64,000 bases of DNA from contig JAJDFZ010000001.1 in NCBI GenBank assembly GCA_030269625.1, forward strand, positions 680-64,679, written 5' to 3'. Positions 29,381 to 39,391 of the stretch are shown here, in pieces. A program made the position numbers and the translations under genes. The DNA is from Oxalobacter sp. OttesenSCG-928-P03. Lineage in GTDB: Bacteria; Pseudomonadota; Gammaproteobacteria; Burkholderiales; Burkholderiaceae_D. Every line of letters begins with the position of its first letter. Position 1 is the first letter of the stretch. The notes below the pieces were generated by a model, which did not search any database, was not told the DNA's origin, and saw nothing but the letters and a program-made list of their open reading frames with translations.

Positions 29381-31818
29381 GAGGGGAGCATGCCCGTGAT
29401 GAGGCCATCATCCATCCATACCCGGATGGCATGCCCCTTCCTGTCTGCTGGCGCATCCCTGAAAAGCAGCGACATGCTGCCTTCAAAACCGGCGGTTTCT
29501 TCGGACTCCCTGACGGTGACCTCAACCGATTCCAGCATAAAATCCATGGCCTGCTGCATCGTGCTTTTGCCTTCTGCGTCCTTGATCGGGGATTCGGAAA
29601 GCAGGTTGATAAAGGGACCCGTCATGTCACCCTGCATCTCCCCCAGGAGTTCGATCTGGCGGTTGATGGCAGCAATGGCCGGCTCGGGATTGTCCCACTG
29701 ATGGCTTTCGATCATGATCAGATCATCCATCAGTTTTTCCGTTTCATCTTCGGCATCGCTGATCATGGCTGTCGCCAGATCAATGACCGCATCAACATAA
29801 TCGATCCGCCTGCTGACATCCAGCCTGGCATCATCCCAAAGCAGGCGTGCCGCCCTGATCCGTCTTTTAACAGGAAGATCTCGGTTATTCAGTTCATTTT
29901 CCAGGTGCCTTATCTCAATCTCATCCTCATCCGTCATGACATATTCCCGGGTTTCGGCCAGCGCGTCATAAGCCTCTTCGACAGCAAGCTGCAAATCGTA
30001 TGCCGCCCTGGTAAACGCATCCGAGAGGGACAGTCCCTCCTTTTCAACCCTGCCGCGCACACCGGCAACCTGGGTAAAAAGCTGGAAAAGCGTCAGGCCA
30101 TACCCGTTATCCTCGCGCCTGAATTCTTCCGGCATGCTTTCTGCCGCATCCGCCACGATCCTTTTCATCTCGATAAAGAGCGGCGTGAGTTTTTCACACT
30201 GTTCAGCAAAATCAAGCGCGCTGTCTGCAAAAACGGCGGCAAAAGCCTGCAACTGCTCAAAAAGTCCCTGTGCATCGTAATACTGCTGGATTTCCATGTT
30301 GCGCGACATGTCTGCCCTGGGCATGGCCTGCTTCTGCAGTTCAACCAGCACCTCCTGGCATTCTTCCAGGAGCGCCATGACGCCTTCCATCTGGGCCGGG
30401 CTGCCATCCTCTTCGCCCTGCCTGCTCTTTAAGACAATGGGGGTGCCTTTAGGTGAAACCTGCGCACGGAATGAAACCGTGCGGTCCCACACCCTGATTT
30501 GCGCACCCGGCGCGGTTTTATAGCCGTAAAAACACCAGGAATCATCTTCCAGGACATCTTCGTGGGACTGGAAAACACAGTGGGTCACCCCCTCAATGAT
30601 AATATCCCCGCCGATCAGCAATTCGTTCTGCTGATCGCCGTCACTCCCGGCAATCGCATCCCAGTCGTTTTCAGCCAGCCTTAAAAGCCAGTCAAAAGCC
30701 CGCTTGCGCTCCATGACAACACCGGGATTCATCCCGCCTGCCGGTTCCTCGCCATCCAGCCGGGACTGGGTGCAGGCCCAGTTGCAGCGGTAATTCAGGT
30801 CCGCCTCATCCAATATCTCGCTAATGGCCCGCATCTCTGTTTTGCGGTAAAACGCCCGTATATCGACGGAAGAAAAAAGCGCCGCGATTGCCGCATCGGT
30901 ATCACAGATCGAATCCGGAAAAGACAGCTCATCCAGCAGGTTAAGCGCCCAGATCAGTACCCAGTAAGCCTCATATTGCCAGACGATCTGCGTTGCCTCT
31001 GTCCGGTCCGGCTCCCGGGCATACAGAAACGCCCTTTCGCGTTCCGTCATGAACGGTTCCAGCCTGTATTTTTTCAGGTTTTCCAGCGTAAGCGCCCGGG
31101 ACTCGTCAATATCCATCTGGTCATGCGCAATATCACAGGCAAACTGGATGATAACCAGCGCCGTTGCCGCCCTTCTGGCAGCAGCAATGCGCGTGCGCGG
31201 GTTGATCGCAGCGGCCGGCGGCAGTTCAGGCAGGTGATCAATCGTGCGGATACCCCGCGCCTTCAGCTTTTCGATGCTGGCTGTTTTGCGATCCATGCCT
31301 TCTGTCGATTGCGGCGGTGTGCCGATCACCATCTTTTCGGCTGCCACCGGCATGAAGTCCGCCTCTCCCTTCCTGCCATCAGGATAAACAATCACCTTGC
31401 CTGTCCTGTCCGTGAGAGTACTGTCCTCCAGGTAGACGATCCCGTCCAGTTCCCGGGCAAGCGCCATGAATTTCCCGTACAGCGGATCATCCTCGCTGCC
31501 ATCAAAATCCGCCTCTGTGCGCGCAACCACAATGACATTGACCACCGACAGCTGGGTCAGCACCAAAGGCTTGATCGCCGCATCCTGGTAAGGCAGCGTC
31601 ACATAAAAATCACGTAATCCCCTTAACCAGATATCCCCCGCATCGCCGCTGCGCTCATGGAAAAGAATCCTGACCTGCGCTTCATTGCCTTCGGCGGTTT
31701 TCACCTGGAACAGGTTTTCCTGGTCAGAAACGGGTTCGAATGAGGCAAAAATCCGGCCCAGGGCCGCAGCAACCTGTCCGTTATGCTGTACGGAAGCGAG
31801 TATGGTCAAAAAATTCAC
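29371..31818 (-). CDS. DUF4272 domain protein with long acidic C-terminal extension
   Basis: WQYEAYWVLIWAL, EILDEADLNYRCNWA, VVMERKRAFDW in first ~390 aa; remaining ~425 aa unassigned. Confidence 0.75.
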   Translation of the reverse strand: MNFLTILASVQHNGQVAAALGRIFASFEPVSDQENLFQVKTAEGNEAQVRILFHERSGDAGDIWLRGLRDFYVTLPYQDAAIKPLVLTQLSVVNVIVVARTEADFDGSEDDPLYGKFMALARELDGIVYLEDSTLTDRTGKVIVYPDGRKGEADFMPVAAEKMVIGTPPQSTEGMDRKTASIEKLKARGIRTIDHLPELPPAAAINPRTRIAAARRAATALVIIQFACDIAHDQMDIDESRALTLENLKKYRLEPFMTERERAFLYAREPDRTEATQIVWQYEAYWVLIWALNLLDELSFPDSICDTDAAIAALFSSVDIRAFYRKTEMRAISEILDEADLNYRCNWACTQSRLDGEEPAGGMNPGVVMERKRAFDWLLRLAENDWDAIAGSDGDQQNELLIGGDIIIEGVTHCVFQSHEDVLEDDSWCFYGYKTAPGAQIRVWDRTVSFRAQVSPKGTPIVLKSRQGEEDGSPAQMEGVMALLEECQEVLVELQKQAMPRADMSRNMEIQQYYDAQGLFEQLQAFAAVFADSALDFAEQCEKLTPLFIEMKRIVADAAESMPEEFRREDNGYGLTLFQLFTQVAGVRGRVEKEGLSLSDAFTRAAYDLQLAVEEAYDALAETREYVMTDEDEIEIRHLENELNNRDLPVKRRIRAARLLWDDARLDVSRRIDYVDAVIDLATAMISDAEDETEKLMDDLIMIESHQWDNPEPAIAAINRQIELLGEMQGDMTGPFINLLSESPIKDAEGKSTMQQAMDFMLESVEVTVRESEETAGFEGSMSLLFRDAPADRKGHAIRVWMDDGLITGMLPSWK

Positions 31819-32000
31819 GAAAAGGGATTCCTGTCATCAGTTGAAAAATGCATGTCCGGACACATCGGGAAAGCTGCTGAAAAAGAGATGAATATTCCAA
31901 AGCACAACTATACCTCAAGACAAGGATGCGTTGCCAATCGTTCCCGGCACATCAGAGCTGTGCTAGCATAGGCGTTTTTCTGCACACCAGAACCGGCCCC

Positions 32001-32480
32001 ATGACACCTGCCGTCCTCCTGCTTGAAAAGAACAAGATTGCGTTCACGCTGCATGAATATGACCATGACAGTGACGAACGGCACTTTGGCGATGAGGCCG
32101 TCCAGAAACTGGGGCTGAACGGGGAACAGTTCTTCAAGACCCTGCTGGTTTCACTCAACGGCAACCCGAAAAACCTGGCGGTTGCCATTACCCCTGTCCC
32201 GACACAGCTGGACCTGAAAAAAGTGGCCAGGGCATTTTCAGCCAAAAAAGCCGAAATGGCCGATCCGCAGATGGCGCAGCGGGTAACAGGCTACCTCCTG
32301 GGCGGCATCAGCCCCCTGGGACAGAAAAAACAGCTGCCAACCGTCATTGATGCGGATGCGGACCTCTTTCCGACCATTTTCGTCTCGGGCGGAAAACGCG
32401 GACTCAGTATCGAACTGGCCACAACAGACCTGAACCGGCTGACTGGCGCCATTATCGCCCCCATCGCGAAAACCGATTAA
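32001..32480 (+). CDS. ybaK: Cys-tRNA(Pro) deacylase YbaK
   Basis: [32 protein letters not shown]. Confidence 0.93.
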   Translation: MTPAVLLLEKNKIAFTLHEYDHDSDERHFGDEAVQKLGLNGEQFFKTLLVSLNGNPKNLAVAITPVPTQLDLKKVARAFSAKKAEMADPQMAQRVTGYLLGGISPLGQKKQLPTVIDADADLFPTIFVSGGKRGLSIELATTDLNRLTGAIIAPIAKTD

Positions 32481-32640
32481 CTGTTAAAATACAGAGACGG
32501 AGTAGTTTGTTTTCTTTCCGTATTTTCGCCTTTACAGGCTGAAAGCCGAAATAGACGTATTGCATTGAAAGCGGGCTATGGGTAGAGTATGGCCCTTGAT
32601 TCATTGCCGACAGGTTTTGGAAACGAAGGAGTGCATTCAG

Positions 32641-32886
32641 ATGGAAAAAAAGTTCAAGGCAGGCGCGAAATATTCCGGTGAAGTCGTTTACGGCGGCTGC
32701 GCCGGTAACGGCACCAACAGCATCACGGTTCTGAAAAGAGATGACAAAACGATCACCTACCAGGACGGTTTCGGCAAGGCCAACGCGGCAATCCGGGAAG
32801 CCACGATCGAGACCCTTGAAGACTGGGGTGAATACGTCACCATTGGAGATGACCGTTTCTTTGCCTACTCTGTAGAAAACGCCTGA
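32641..32886 (+). CDS. small hypothetical protein, 81 aa
   Basis: RBS AAGGAG before ATG 32641; MEKKFKAGAKY...ITVLKRDDKTIT. Confidence 0.65.
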   Translation: MEKKFKAGAKYSGEVVYGGCAGNGTNSITVLKRDDKTITYQDGFGKANAAIREATIETLEDWGEYVTIGDDRFFAYSVENA

Positions 32887-32964
32887 AAAAACGGCCGGAA
32901 CTTCCGGGCCTGACAGCACAAAAGCGGCAGTCAGGCCTTTTCTTATGCCATCTTTACAACCCGC

Positions 32965-33654
32965 ATGTCCCATCCCTCCCCGACACTTTTTTCACGGACT
33001 GAAAGACCATTCTGGCGTCAGCGCCTGAACAATCCGTGTTTCAGCTTTTCCACGCTTTTCTTCATGGTGCTGCCACTGGCCCTGTTGATGCTGGCCATCG
33101 GCCTGACCAGCGGCTTCCGGGGAGAAAGCATCCATATCTGGCATCACGATATGCGCCTTTTTTATCCCGCTCTTACCCGGCTTTTCCGGGCGGTATCCAC
33201 TGGCGCGGCATGGGTGCTTTACCTTGTCTACGCCATTCTCCTTGTTCATGCGGTTGCCCGGAAGAACCGGCATGAACAGGCGTTTATTGCCCGTTTTGCT
33301 TTCTGCCTGGCGCTTGTCCTTTCCCTGGCCGGCATACTGAAAATCACGCTGGGCATGCCGAGACCGGGAGTGGACATGCCTGCAGCTCCCTTCAGTTTCA
33401 TGAACGATTTTGTTTCCTTTCCGTCAGGCCATACCGTACAGATCGTGACGGCAGCCTTTCCCCTTGCCTTTTACTTCGGCAGGACATGGCTCTTTATCGC
33501 CATGTCCCTGCTTGTCACGCTGATCGGCTACTCCCGGCTCTGGCTTGGCATGCACCACCCCATCGATGTGCTGGGCGGCATCCTGGTCGGCAGTCTGATC
33601 GTCGTACTGATTTTCCGCCCGAAAACGGGCAAAAACCGCCTGAAAAGGCAGTAA
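32965..33654 (+). CDS. PAP2 family membrane phosphatase
   Basis: KITLGMPRP, SFPSGH, SRLWLGMHHPIDV. Confidence 0.9.
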   Translation: MSHPSPTLFSRTERPFWRQRLNNPCFSFSTLFFMVLPLALLMLAIGLTSGFRGESIHIWHHDMRLFYPALTRLFRAVSTGAAWVLYLVYAILLVHAVARKNRHEQAFIARFAFCLALVLSLAGILKITLGMPRPGVDMPAAPFSFMNDFVSFPSGHTVQIVTAAFPLAFYFGRTWLFIAMSLLVTLIGYSRLWLGMHHPIDVLGGILVGSLIVVLIFRPKTGKNRLKRQ

Positions 33655-33659
33655 ATCCG

Positions 33660-36239
33660 TCAGGAAACGCCCTTGACGTCAAATCCGGCACCGGTCACGG
33701 CCTCAACCATCTGCTCGTCCGCCACCTGCCCGTCGGACACCACCCGCGCTTCCTTCTTTTCAAGATCCACTTCGGCCTTGACGCCCGGCAGCGCATTGAG
33801 CGCTTTTTCAACGGAGGCCTTGCAATGACCGCAGCTCATTCCTTCAATACTGAGAGTTTTGACAGAAGACATATTCATTTCCTTTCTTTCTGAAATAGCG
33901 GACACCGGTTTTCCGGCATCCGTCCGGACAGTCATACCATCCTGGCCTGATACGGGCATATCCGGCAGAGGACGCTTTTGAAACAGGTTCAGCCGCAGGG
34001 CATTCACGACGACAAAGACACTGGAAAGACTCATTGCCGCCGCCGCAATCATCGGGTTTAACGTCAGGCCGAAAGCCGGATACAAGAGACCGGCTGCAAC
34101 CGGTATGCCGACGACATTGTAGAAAAACGCCCAGAAAAGATTCATCCGGATCGTGGCAAGTGTGGCACGCGACAGATCATAGGCGGCAACCATGTCCGCC
34201 ACGTCGTTTTTCATGAGGACCACATCCGCGGATTCCAGCGCCACATCGGTTCCGGCGCCAATAGCCATGCCGACATCGGCGCGCGCCAGCGCTGGCGCAT
34301 CATTGATCCCGTCCCCCACCATCACCACCTTGCGCCCGGTTTCTTTCAGGCGGCGGATCTCGTTATCCTTTTCCTGCGGCATGACTTCTGCAATCACCTG
34401 GTCAATCCCCACCATGTTACGGATGGCTTCACCCGTTGCCGCATTGTCGCCGGTGAGCATCACCACCTGCAGCCCCCGCTCTTTCATGGCCGCCACGGCA
34501 GCCCTGCTGGTCAGGCGTGGCAGATCGGCCATGGCGATAATGCCGGCAAGCCTGCCATCGCGGGCAAAATAAAGCGGTGTCTTTCCTTCGCGGGCCAGTT
34601 GCGCAGGCATATCACCCGCCACAGCGAGGTCGACCCCGTACTGCCGCATCAGGCGCTGGTTTCCGGCAAGACAATCTCCCTCCGTGGTCGCCCCCTTGAG
34701 CCCCAGACCGGAAAGCGCTTCAAAAGCGCTGACAGGAACCGGCACAAGGCGCCGGTCTTTCGCTTCCCCGACAATGGCCTGCGCCAGCGGATGCTCAGAG
34801 CGTGACTCCAGCCCGGCAGCCAGTGCCAGCAATTCATCTTCGGAAAGGCCAAAGGCAATCACATCGGTCAGGCGGGGGCGTCCTTCCGTAACCGTCCCCG
34901 TCTTGTCGAGAACCACCGTATTGATCCGGCAGAGATTTTCCAGCGTCTGCGCATTCTTGTACAGGATGCCTTCCCTGGCGCCCCGGCCCGTGCCGACCAT
35001 GATCGCCACCGGCGTCGCCAGCCCGAGGGCGCAGGGGCAGGAAATGATCAGAACCGATATCGCGCGCGCCAGCGCAAATTCCATGCCGTCACCCATGAAA
35101 AACCATGCGAAAAACGTCACCAGCGCGATTCCGATCACCACCGGCACGAAAATACCGCTGATCCGGTCAGCCAGTTGCGAGATCGGCGCCTTTGACGCTG
35201 CCGCTTCCTCAACCAGCGCAATAATCTGCGAGAGCGTCGTATCCTCCCCCACCCTTTCCGCCCGCATGGTGAAATAACCGCTGGTATTTAACGTGGCGCC
35301 GGTTACCGTATCTCCCGGCCCTTTTTCAACCGGCAGGCTTTCCCCGGTCAGCGCCGATTCATCCACGGCGGAAACCCCTTCCAGCACGATACCGTCAACC
35401 GGGATACCGGCCCCCGGCTTCACGGCAAGCGTATCTCCTGCCCGCACCTCCTCCAGCAGGATTTCATGTTCCACGCCATCACGCAGTACCAGCGCGGATT
35501 TGGGCGCCAAGTTGAGAAGCGATTCGATTGCCGCTCCCGTTCTCCCCTTGCTGATCGCTTCCAGCGTCCTGCCCATCGTAATCAGCGTCAGGATCATGGC
35601 GGCACTCTCAAAATACAGATCATGCAGATAATGCGCCGCAACAGAAGGCTGCCCGTTCCCCAGCGCCCAGCCGATCCGGTACAGTGCGAACACACCGTAA
35701 ACCAGCGCGGCGGAAGAACCCAGGGCGATCAGGCTGTCCATGTTCGGAGCACGGTTGATCAGCGAGCGAAAACCGGCGGAAAAATACCGCCAGTTTGCCA
35801 TCACGATGGGCAGGCACAGCAGGAACTGCGTCAACGCATAGCTGACGCCATTTTCAACACCGGACAAAAAACCCGGCAATGGCAACCCCAGCATGCCGCC
35901 CATGCTCACAACCATGAGCGGTACAAGGAAAGCAGCCGAAACCCACAGGCGCCGTTTCATGGCGCCAAGTTCAGCCTTGATCGGGTCCACGGCAGGCGCC
36001 TGGGAAGCGGCTTTTTTTCTGCCGGATTCGCGCAGGGATGCCGCATAGCCGGCCTGGCTGACCGCGTTGGCAATATCCTGCGACGAGACAAGAGATTCGT
36101 CGTACTCGGCCACCATGCTGTTGGTCAGCAGGTTGACCTCTGCATGCTGCATCCCCGGCAGCTTCTGCACGGCCTTTTCGACATTGGCGACACAGGCCGC
36201 GCAACTCATGCCCGTAATATCAAACCGATCCTTGCTCAT
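33660..36239 (-). CDS. copA: Cu(I)-translocating P1B-type ATPase with N- and C-terminal HMA domains
   Basis: [39 protein letters not shown] and MSLSS motifs, C-terminal GMSCGHC. Confidence 0.95.
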   Translation of the reverse strand: MSKDRFDITGMSCAACVANVEKAVQKLPGMQHAEVNLLTNSMVAEYDESLVSSQDIANAVSQAGYAASLRESGRKKAASQAPAVDPIKAELGAMKRRLWVSAAFLVPLMVVSMGGMLGLPLPGFLSGVENGVSYALTQFLLCLPIVMANWRYFSAGFRSLINRAPNMDSLIALGSSAALVYGVFALYRIGWALGNGQPSVAAHYLHDLYFESAAMILTLITMGRTLEAISKGRTGAAIESLLNLAPKSALVLRDGVEHEILLEEVRAGDTLAVKPGAGIPVDGIVLEGVSAVDESALTGESLPVEKGPGDTVTGATLNTSGYFTMRAERVGEDTTLSQIIALVEEAAASKAPISQLADRISGIFVPVVIGIALVTFFAWFFMGDGMEFALARAISVLIISCPCALGLATPVAIMVGTGRGAREGILYKNAQTLENLCRINTVVLDKTGTVTEGRPRLTDVIAFGLSEDELLALAAGLESRSEHPLAQAIVGEAKDRRLVPVPVSAFEALSGLGLKGATTEGDCLAGNQRLMRQYGVDLAVAGDMPAQLAREGKTPLYFARDGRLAGIIAMADLPRLTSRAAVAAMKERGLQVVMLTGDNAATGEAIRNMVGIDQVIAEVMPQEKDNEIRRLKETGRKVVMVGDGINDAPALARADVGMAIGAGTDVALESADVVLMKNDVADMVAAYDLSRATLATIRMNLFWAFFYNVVGIPVAAGLLYPAFGLTLNPMIAAAAMSLSSVFVVVNALRLNLFQKRPLPDMPVSGQDGMTVRTDAGKPVSAISERKEMNMSSVKTLSIEGMSCGHCKASVEKALNALPGVKAEVDLEKKEARVVSDGQVADEQMVEAVTGAGFDVKGVS

Positions 36240-36262
36240 ATCCTTTTCCCCGGCCTGTGATA

Positions 36263-36736
36263 TCAGGGCGCTTTCAGCCCGGACACACCAGGCTCAAACG
36301 CCAGAAAAGCAGAAATCATGCTCTGGATGCCCCTGAGGCTGGCGACACAGGCCTCAAGATAAGTTTCCCCCGCTTCCGAGAGAGAATACACGGTCCTTGC
36401 CGGGCCGCTTTTTCCGGGTTCCAGGCGGGACACAACCAGCCCCTCCGCCTTCATCCGCCGCAACTGGCGGTAAACCACGCCTGGATCAGGCAGGGATTTG
36501 ATAAAAGGCAGGCTGGCCAGCTGCTCCATCAGGTCATACCCGTGAGCCGGTTTTTCTTTCAAAAACAGCAACAGGCACGGAATAAGAAACCCCTCCAGCC
36601 TGGGACCATAGCCATGACAGGCGCAGGGTGCAGGACACAGGCAGAGCTTCCCTGATTCCGTACACTCACAGCGCCCTTCGGCACAACCGCAATGTCCGGC
36701 CGGTGCCGGATTGGCCTTTTCTTCTTTACCGCCCAT
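36263..36736 (-). CDS. PadR/PhaQ-type regulator with Cys-rich N-terminus
   Basis: [36 protein letters not shown]-terminal CGC, CEC, CLC, CAC. Confidence 0.85.
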   Translation of the reverse strand: MGGKEEKANPAPAGHCGCAEGRCECTESGKLCLCPAPCACHGYGPRLEGFLIPCLLLFLKEKPAHGYDLMEQLASLPFIKSLPDPGVVYRQLRRMKAEGLVVSRLEPGKSGPARTVYSLSEAGETYLEACVASLRGIQSMISAFLAFEPGVSGLKAP

Positions 36737-36757
36737 TTTTCAACCCGTGAAAACACA

Positions 36758-36784
36758 TCAATAGTGTTATTGTATCACTATTGA
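36758..36784. promoter_or_regulatory. palindromic operator upstream of padR-copA
   Basis: TCAATAGTG-N9-CACTATTGA with perfect arms, overlapping a minus-strand TACAAT. Confidence 0.7.
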
Positions 36785-36840
36785 CACAAAGTCATTACGC
36801 AGGTTCCCTGACAATGAAAAAACAGCCGGGACGCCTGCTT

Positions 36841-37773
36841 TCAGTCAATCCGGTTGATTTCCACTGTCACATGCACCAGCTCTTCATGGATAGCGAGAAG
36901 CTGGCGAAAATAATCAGGGGAAACATCGTCAGACGTGGCCAGGCCCAGTATGCAGGCATACTTGTTGCGCCCTACCCGCCACACATGCAGATCCGTGATA
37001 TCCACATCAAAAGGCGCCGACTGGACTGCCTGCGTGATTTCCAGGACAACGGGCGCCTGCATTTCCGCATCCAGCAGCACCTTTCCCGTATCCCTGACAA
37101 GACTGTAGGCCCATATCATGATCAGGACTGCCCCGACAATGCCCATTGCCGGATCAAGCCAGGCCGCACCCCATAACAGCCCGGCAATCAGCGCAACAAT
37201 AGCCAGCACCGATGTGGCGGCATCTGTCAGTACATGGATATAGGCCGAGCGCAGGTTCATATCGCGATGATGATGTTCGCCGTGAGCGTGGTCATGGGAT
37301 GGCCTGTCTTTCAGCCAGAAAGCGCAAAGCAGGTTCACCAGCAGGCCGACAGCCGCAACGGCAATGGCCTGCCCGTACCGGATGGATACGGGATCAAACA
37401 GGCGCACCACGGACTCGTAAAACATCAGGGCAGCCACCACTACCAGCAATAGTGCGCTTGTATAGCCCGCCAGCACTTCCATTTTCCAGGTGCCGAAGGT
37501 AAAGCGCGGATCAGCGGAAAACTTCCGGGCAAGCATATAGGCCAAAAGCGCCATGCCCAAAGCCAGGGCATGCGTGCTCATGTGCCAGCCATCCGCAAGG
37601 AGCGCCATCGAATTGAACAGGTAGCCACCGGCAATTTCGGCAAGCATCATCACCAGCGTCAGTATCACGGCCCAGCGGGTACGTCTTTCGGCATAGGCAT
37701 TGCCCTCGTCAAACACGTGGGAATGCTTCCAGTTTTTATGCCGGTTCATGCCTGTCCTTTTGTTTTGCCCCAA
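36841..37773 (-). CDS. dmeF: CDF family Co/Ni efflux transporter (DmeF-like)
   Basis: SMALLADGWHM, FTFGTWK, His-rich loop, NLRSAYIHVLTDA, DLHVWRVG; alternative start 37749. Confidence 0.88.
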   Translation of the reverse strand: MGQNKRTGMNRHKNWKHSHVFDEGNAYAERRTRWAVILTLVMMLAEIAGGYLFNSMALLADGWHMSTHALALGMALLAYMLARKFSADPRFTFGTWKMEVLAGYTSALLLVVVAALMFYESVVRLFDPVSIRYGQAIAVAAVGLLVNLLCAFWLKDRPSHDHAHGEHHHRDMNLRSAYIHVLTDAATSVLAIVALIAGLLWGAAWLDPAMGIVGAVLIMIWAYSLVRDTGKVLLDAEMQAPVVLEITQAVQSAPFDVDITDLHVWRVGRNKYACILGLATSDDVSPDYFRQLLAIHEELVHVTVEINRID

Positions 37774-38082
37774 TGATGTTTATATACCATACCCCGCAAC
37801 GGAATGCTACACAGGAGGCGTGACATCCCGCCCCGGCCAAGGCGAAAAACCGAAAATCAATCGATAAGCAACATTAAGTCACGCGCTTAATCATATGATT
37901 TTCAATGAATAAAAAATGTAGCGCCAAAGACTCACTCCCTTACCTCGAAAATGAGGAGGGCATCTGAGAAGCAATCCCTTCGCGCAATGAAACTGAAATC
38001 ATACAACTGCCTCGTCTTGCGGGTAAAATACCCTCTTTGTTTCATTCAGCCTGAATTACACGCCGGTTCCGGCAAAACAGCC

Positions 38083-38967
38083 ATGACAACCACCAGAGCC
38101 AATCTTTACGGTGTTGCCGCCATTCTCATGTGGAGCACGCTCATTGCCCTTGTGCGCTCGGTCAGCCAGGCTTTCGGTGTCGCAGGCGGAACAGCGCTGA
38201 TATTTACAGCAGGCTCCATTGTCCTTGTCCTCCGGCAGGGCTTCCCGAAAATCCGCAGCATGCACCCGCTTTACGTCTGGGGATGCGGCGCGGCCTTCGT
38301 GCTGTATGAAATCCTCATGTCCCAGTCCATCGGCCTGGCAACCAGCAGCAGCCAGACCCTTGAAGTCGGTATGATCAACTACCTCTGGCCCTGCGCCATC
38401 GTGGTCATTTCAATCTGGATCAACAAGGAAAGAATGCGCTGGTGGGTCTGGCTCGGCATTCTCTGTTCCCTTGCCGGTATTTACCTGTGCATCACCTCCA
38501 ACAGTGATGTCGACCTGGCCGGGTTTGCCAGAAACATCATGGCTACCCCTCTTCCCTACGGCATGGCATTCGTTGCCGCCATCCTCTGGGGCTTTTACTG
38601 CAACCTGAGCCGGCGTTACGGCGAAGGACAGAATGCCGTCCCCTTTTTCTTTATCGTCATCGCCAGCACCCTCTGGGTGCGCTTTTTCATCACTGGCAGC
38701 ACCATCACCTGGCCCGGCTGGACCGCCTGGGCCGAGCTGGTTTATATCGGCGTGGTCTTTGCCGTTTCCTATGCCTGCTGGGAAACCGGCATCCAGAAAG
38801 GCAACATGCTGCTTTTGGCTGTCATTTCCTACTTTACGCCGGTTTTCTCCATGCTTTTCATGTGCATGTGGCTTAAAACCATGCCCGGGACCGGGTTCTG
38901 GATCGGTGTTGCCCTTGTCGTGGCCGGTTCGCTGGTCTGCTGGACCGCCACCCGCAAATCCGGGTAA
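38083..38967 (+). CDS. yddG: aromatic amino acid exporter YddG (DMT)
   Basis: AILMWST, EVGMINYLWP, SYFTPVFS; start reassigned. Confidence 0.85.
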   Translation: MTTTRANLYGVAAILMWSTLIALVRSVSQAFGVAGGTALIFTAGSIVLVLRQGFPKIRSMHPLYVWGCGAAFVLYEILMSQSIGLATSSSQTLEVGMINYLWPCAIVVISIWINKERMRWWVWLGILCSLAGIYLCITSNSDVDLAGFARNIMATPLPYGMAFVAAILWGFYCNLSRRYGEGQNAVPFFFIVIASTLWVRFFITGSTITWPGWTAWAELVYIGVVFAVSYACWETGIQKGNMLLLAVISYFTPVFSMLFMCMWLKTMPGTGFWIGVALVVAGSLVCWTATRKSG

Positions 38968-39009
38968 AGCATTTCAGCAGAAACCGCTCGGGCTGCAGAA
39001 AAACCGTAA

Positions 39010-39273
39010 TCAGACCGACTGCTTTCTGCCGGTAAGCAGCCCCCACACGAAAAGAACAGCCAGGGCGCCAATGACGGCAATGACAAAGCTGCCGATATTG
39101 AATCCGTCAACCGTGCCGAAACCGAAAAATGTACTGATCCAGCCGCCGACAACCGCGCCGAGAATGCCCAGGAACATCGTGACAATAATTCCCATGCTCT
39201 GCGGACCCGGCCGGATAAAGCGGGCCAGCGCGCCGGCAATGATGCCGAACACAATCCATGAAATGATTCCCAT
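39010..39273 (-). CDS. GlsB/YeaQ/YmgE family membrane protein
   Basis: MGIISWIVFGIIAGALA, LGILGAVVGG. Confidence 0.92.
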   Translation of the reverse strand: MGIISWIVFGIIAGALARFIRPGPQSMGIIVTMFLGILGAVVGGWISTFFGFGTVDGFNIGSFVIAVIGALAVLFVWGLLTGRKQSV

Positions 39274-39391
39274 GCCTTTCTCCTTCTACTGGTTGCTGTA
39301 GGGGTTCAGATCGGGGTGCAGAAAAAAAGTTCGGGGCAGTGGAAAAAACACCTGTTCCTCCCGCGAAAGACGCGCCCGCCCTTGATTTGCG

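Noticed and set aside
37930..38000. TPP riboswitch-like fragment (CTGAGA...CCCTT) upstream of yddG
   Set aside because: Lacks the downstream ACCTGAT and the P4/P5 elements
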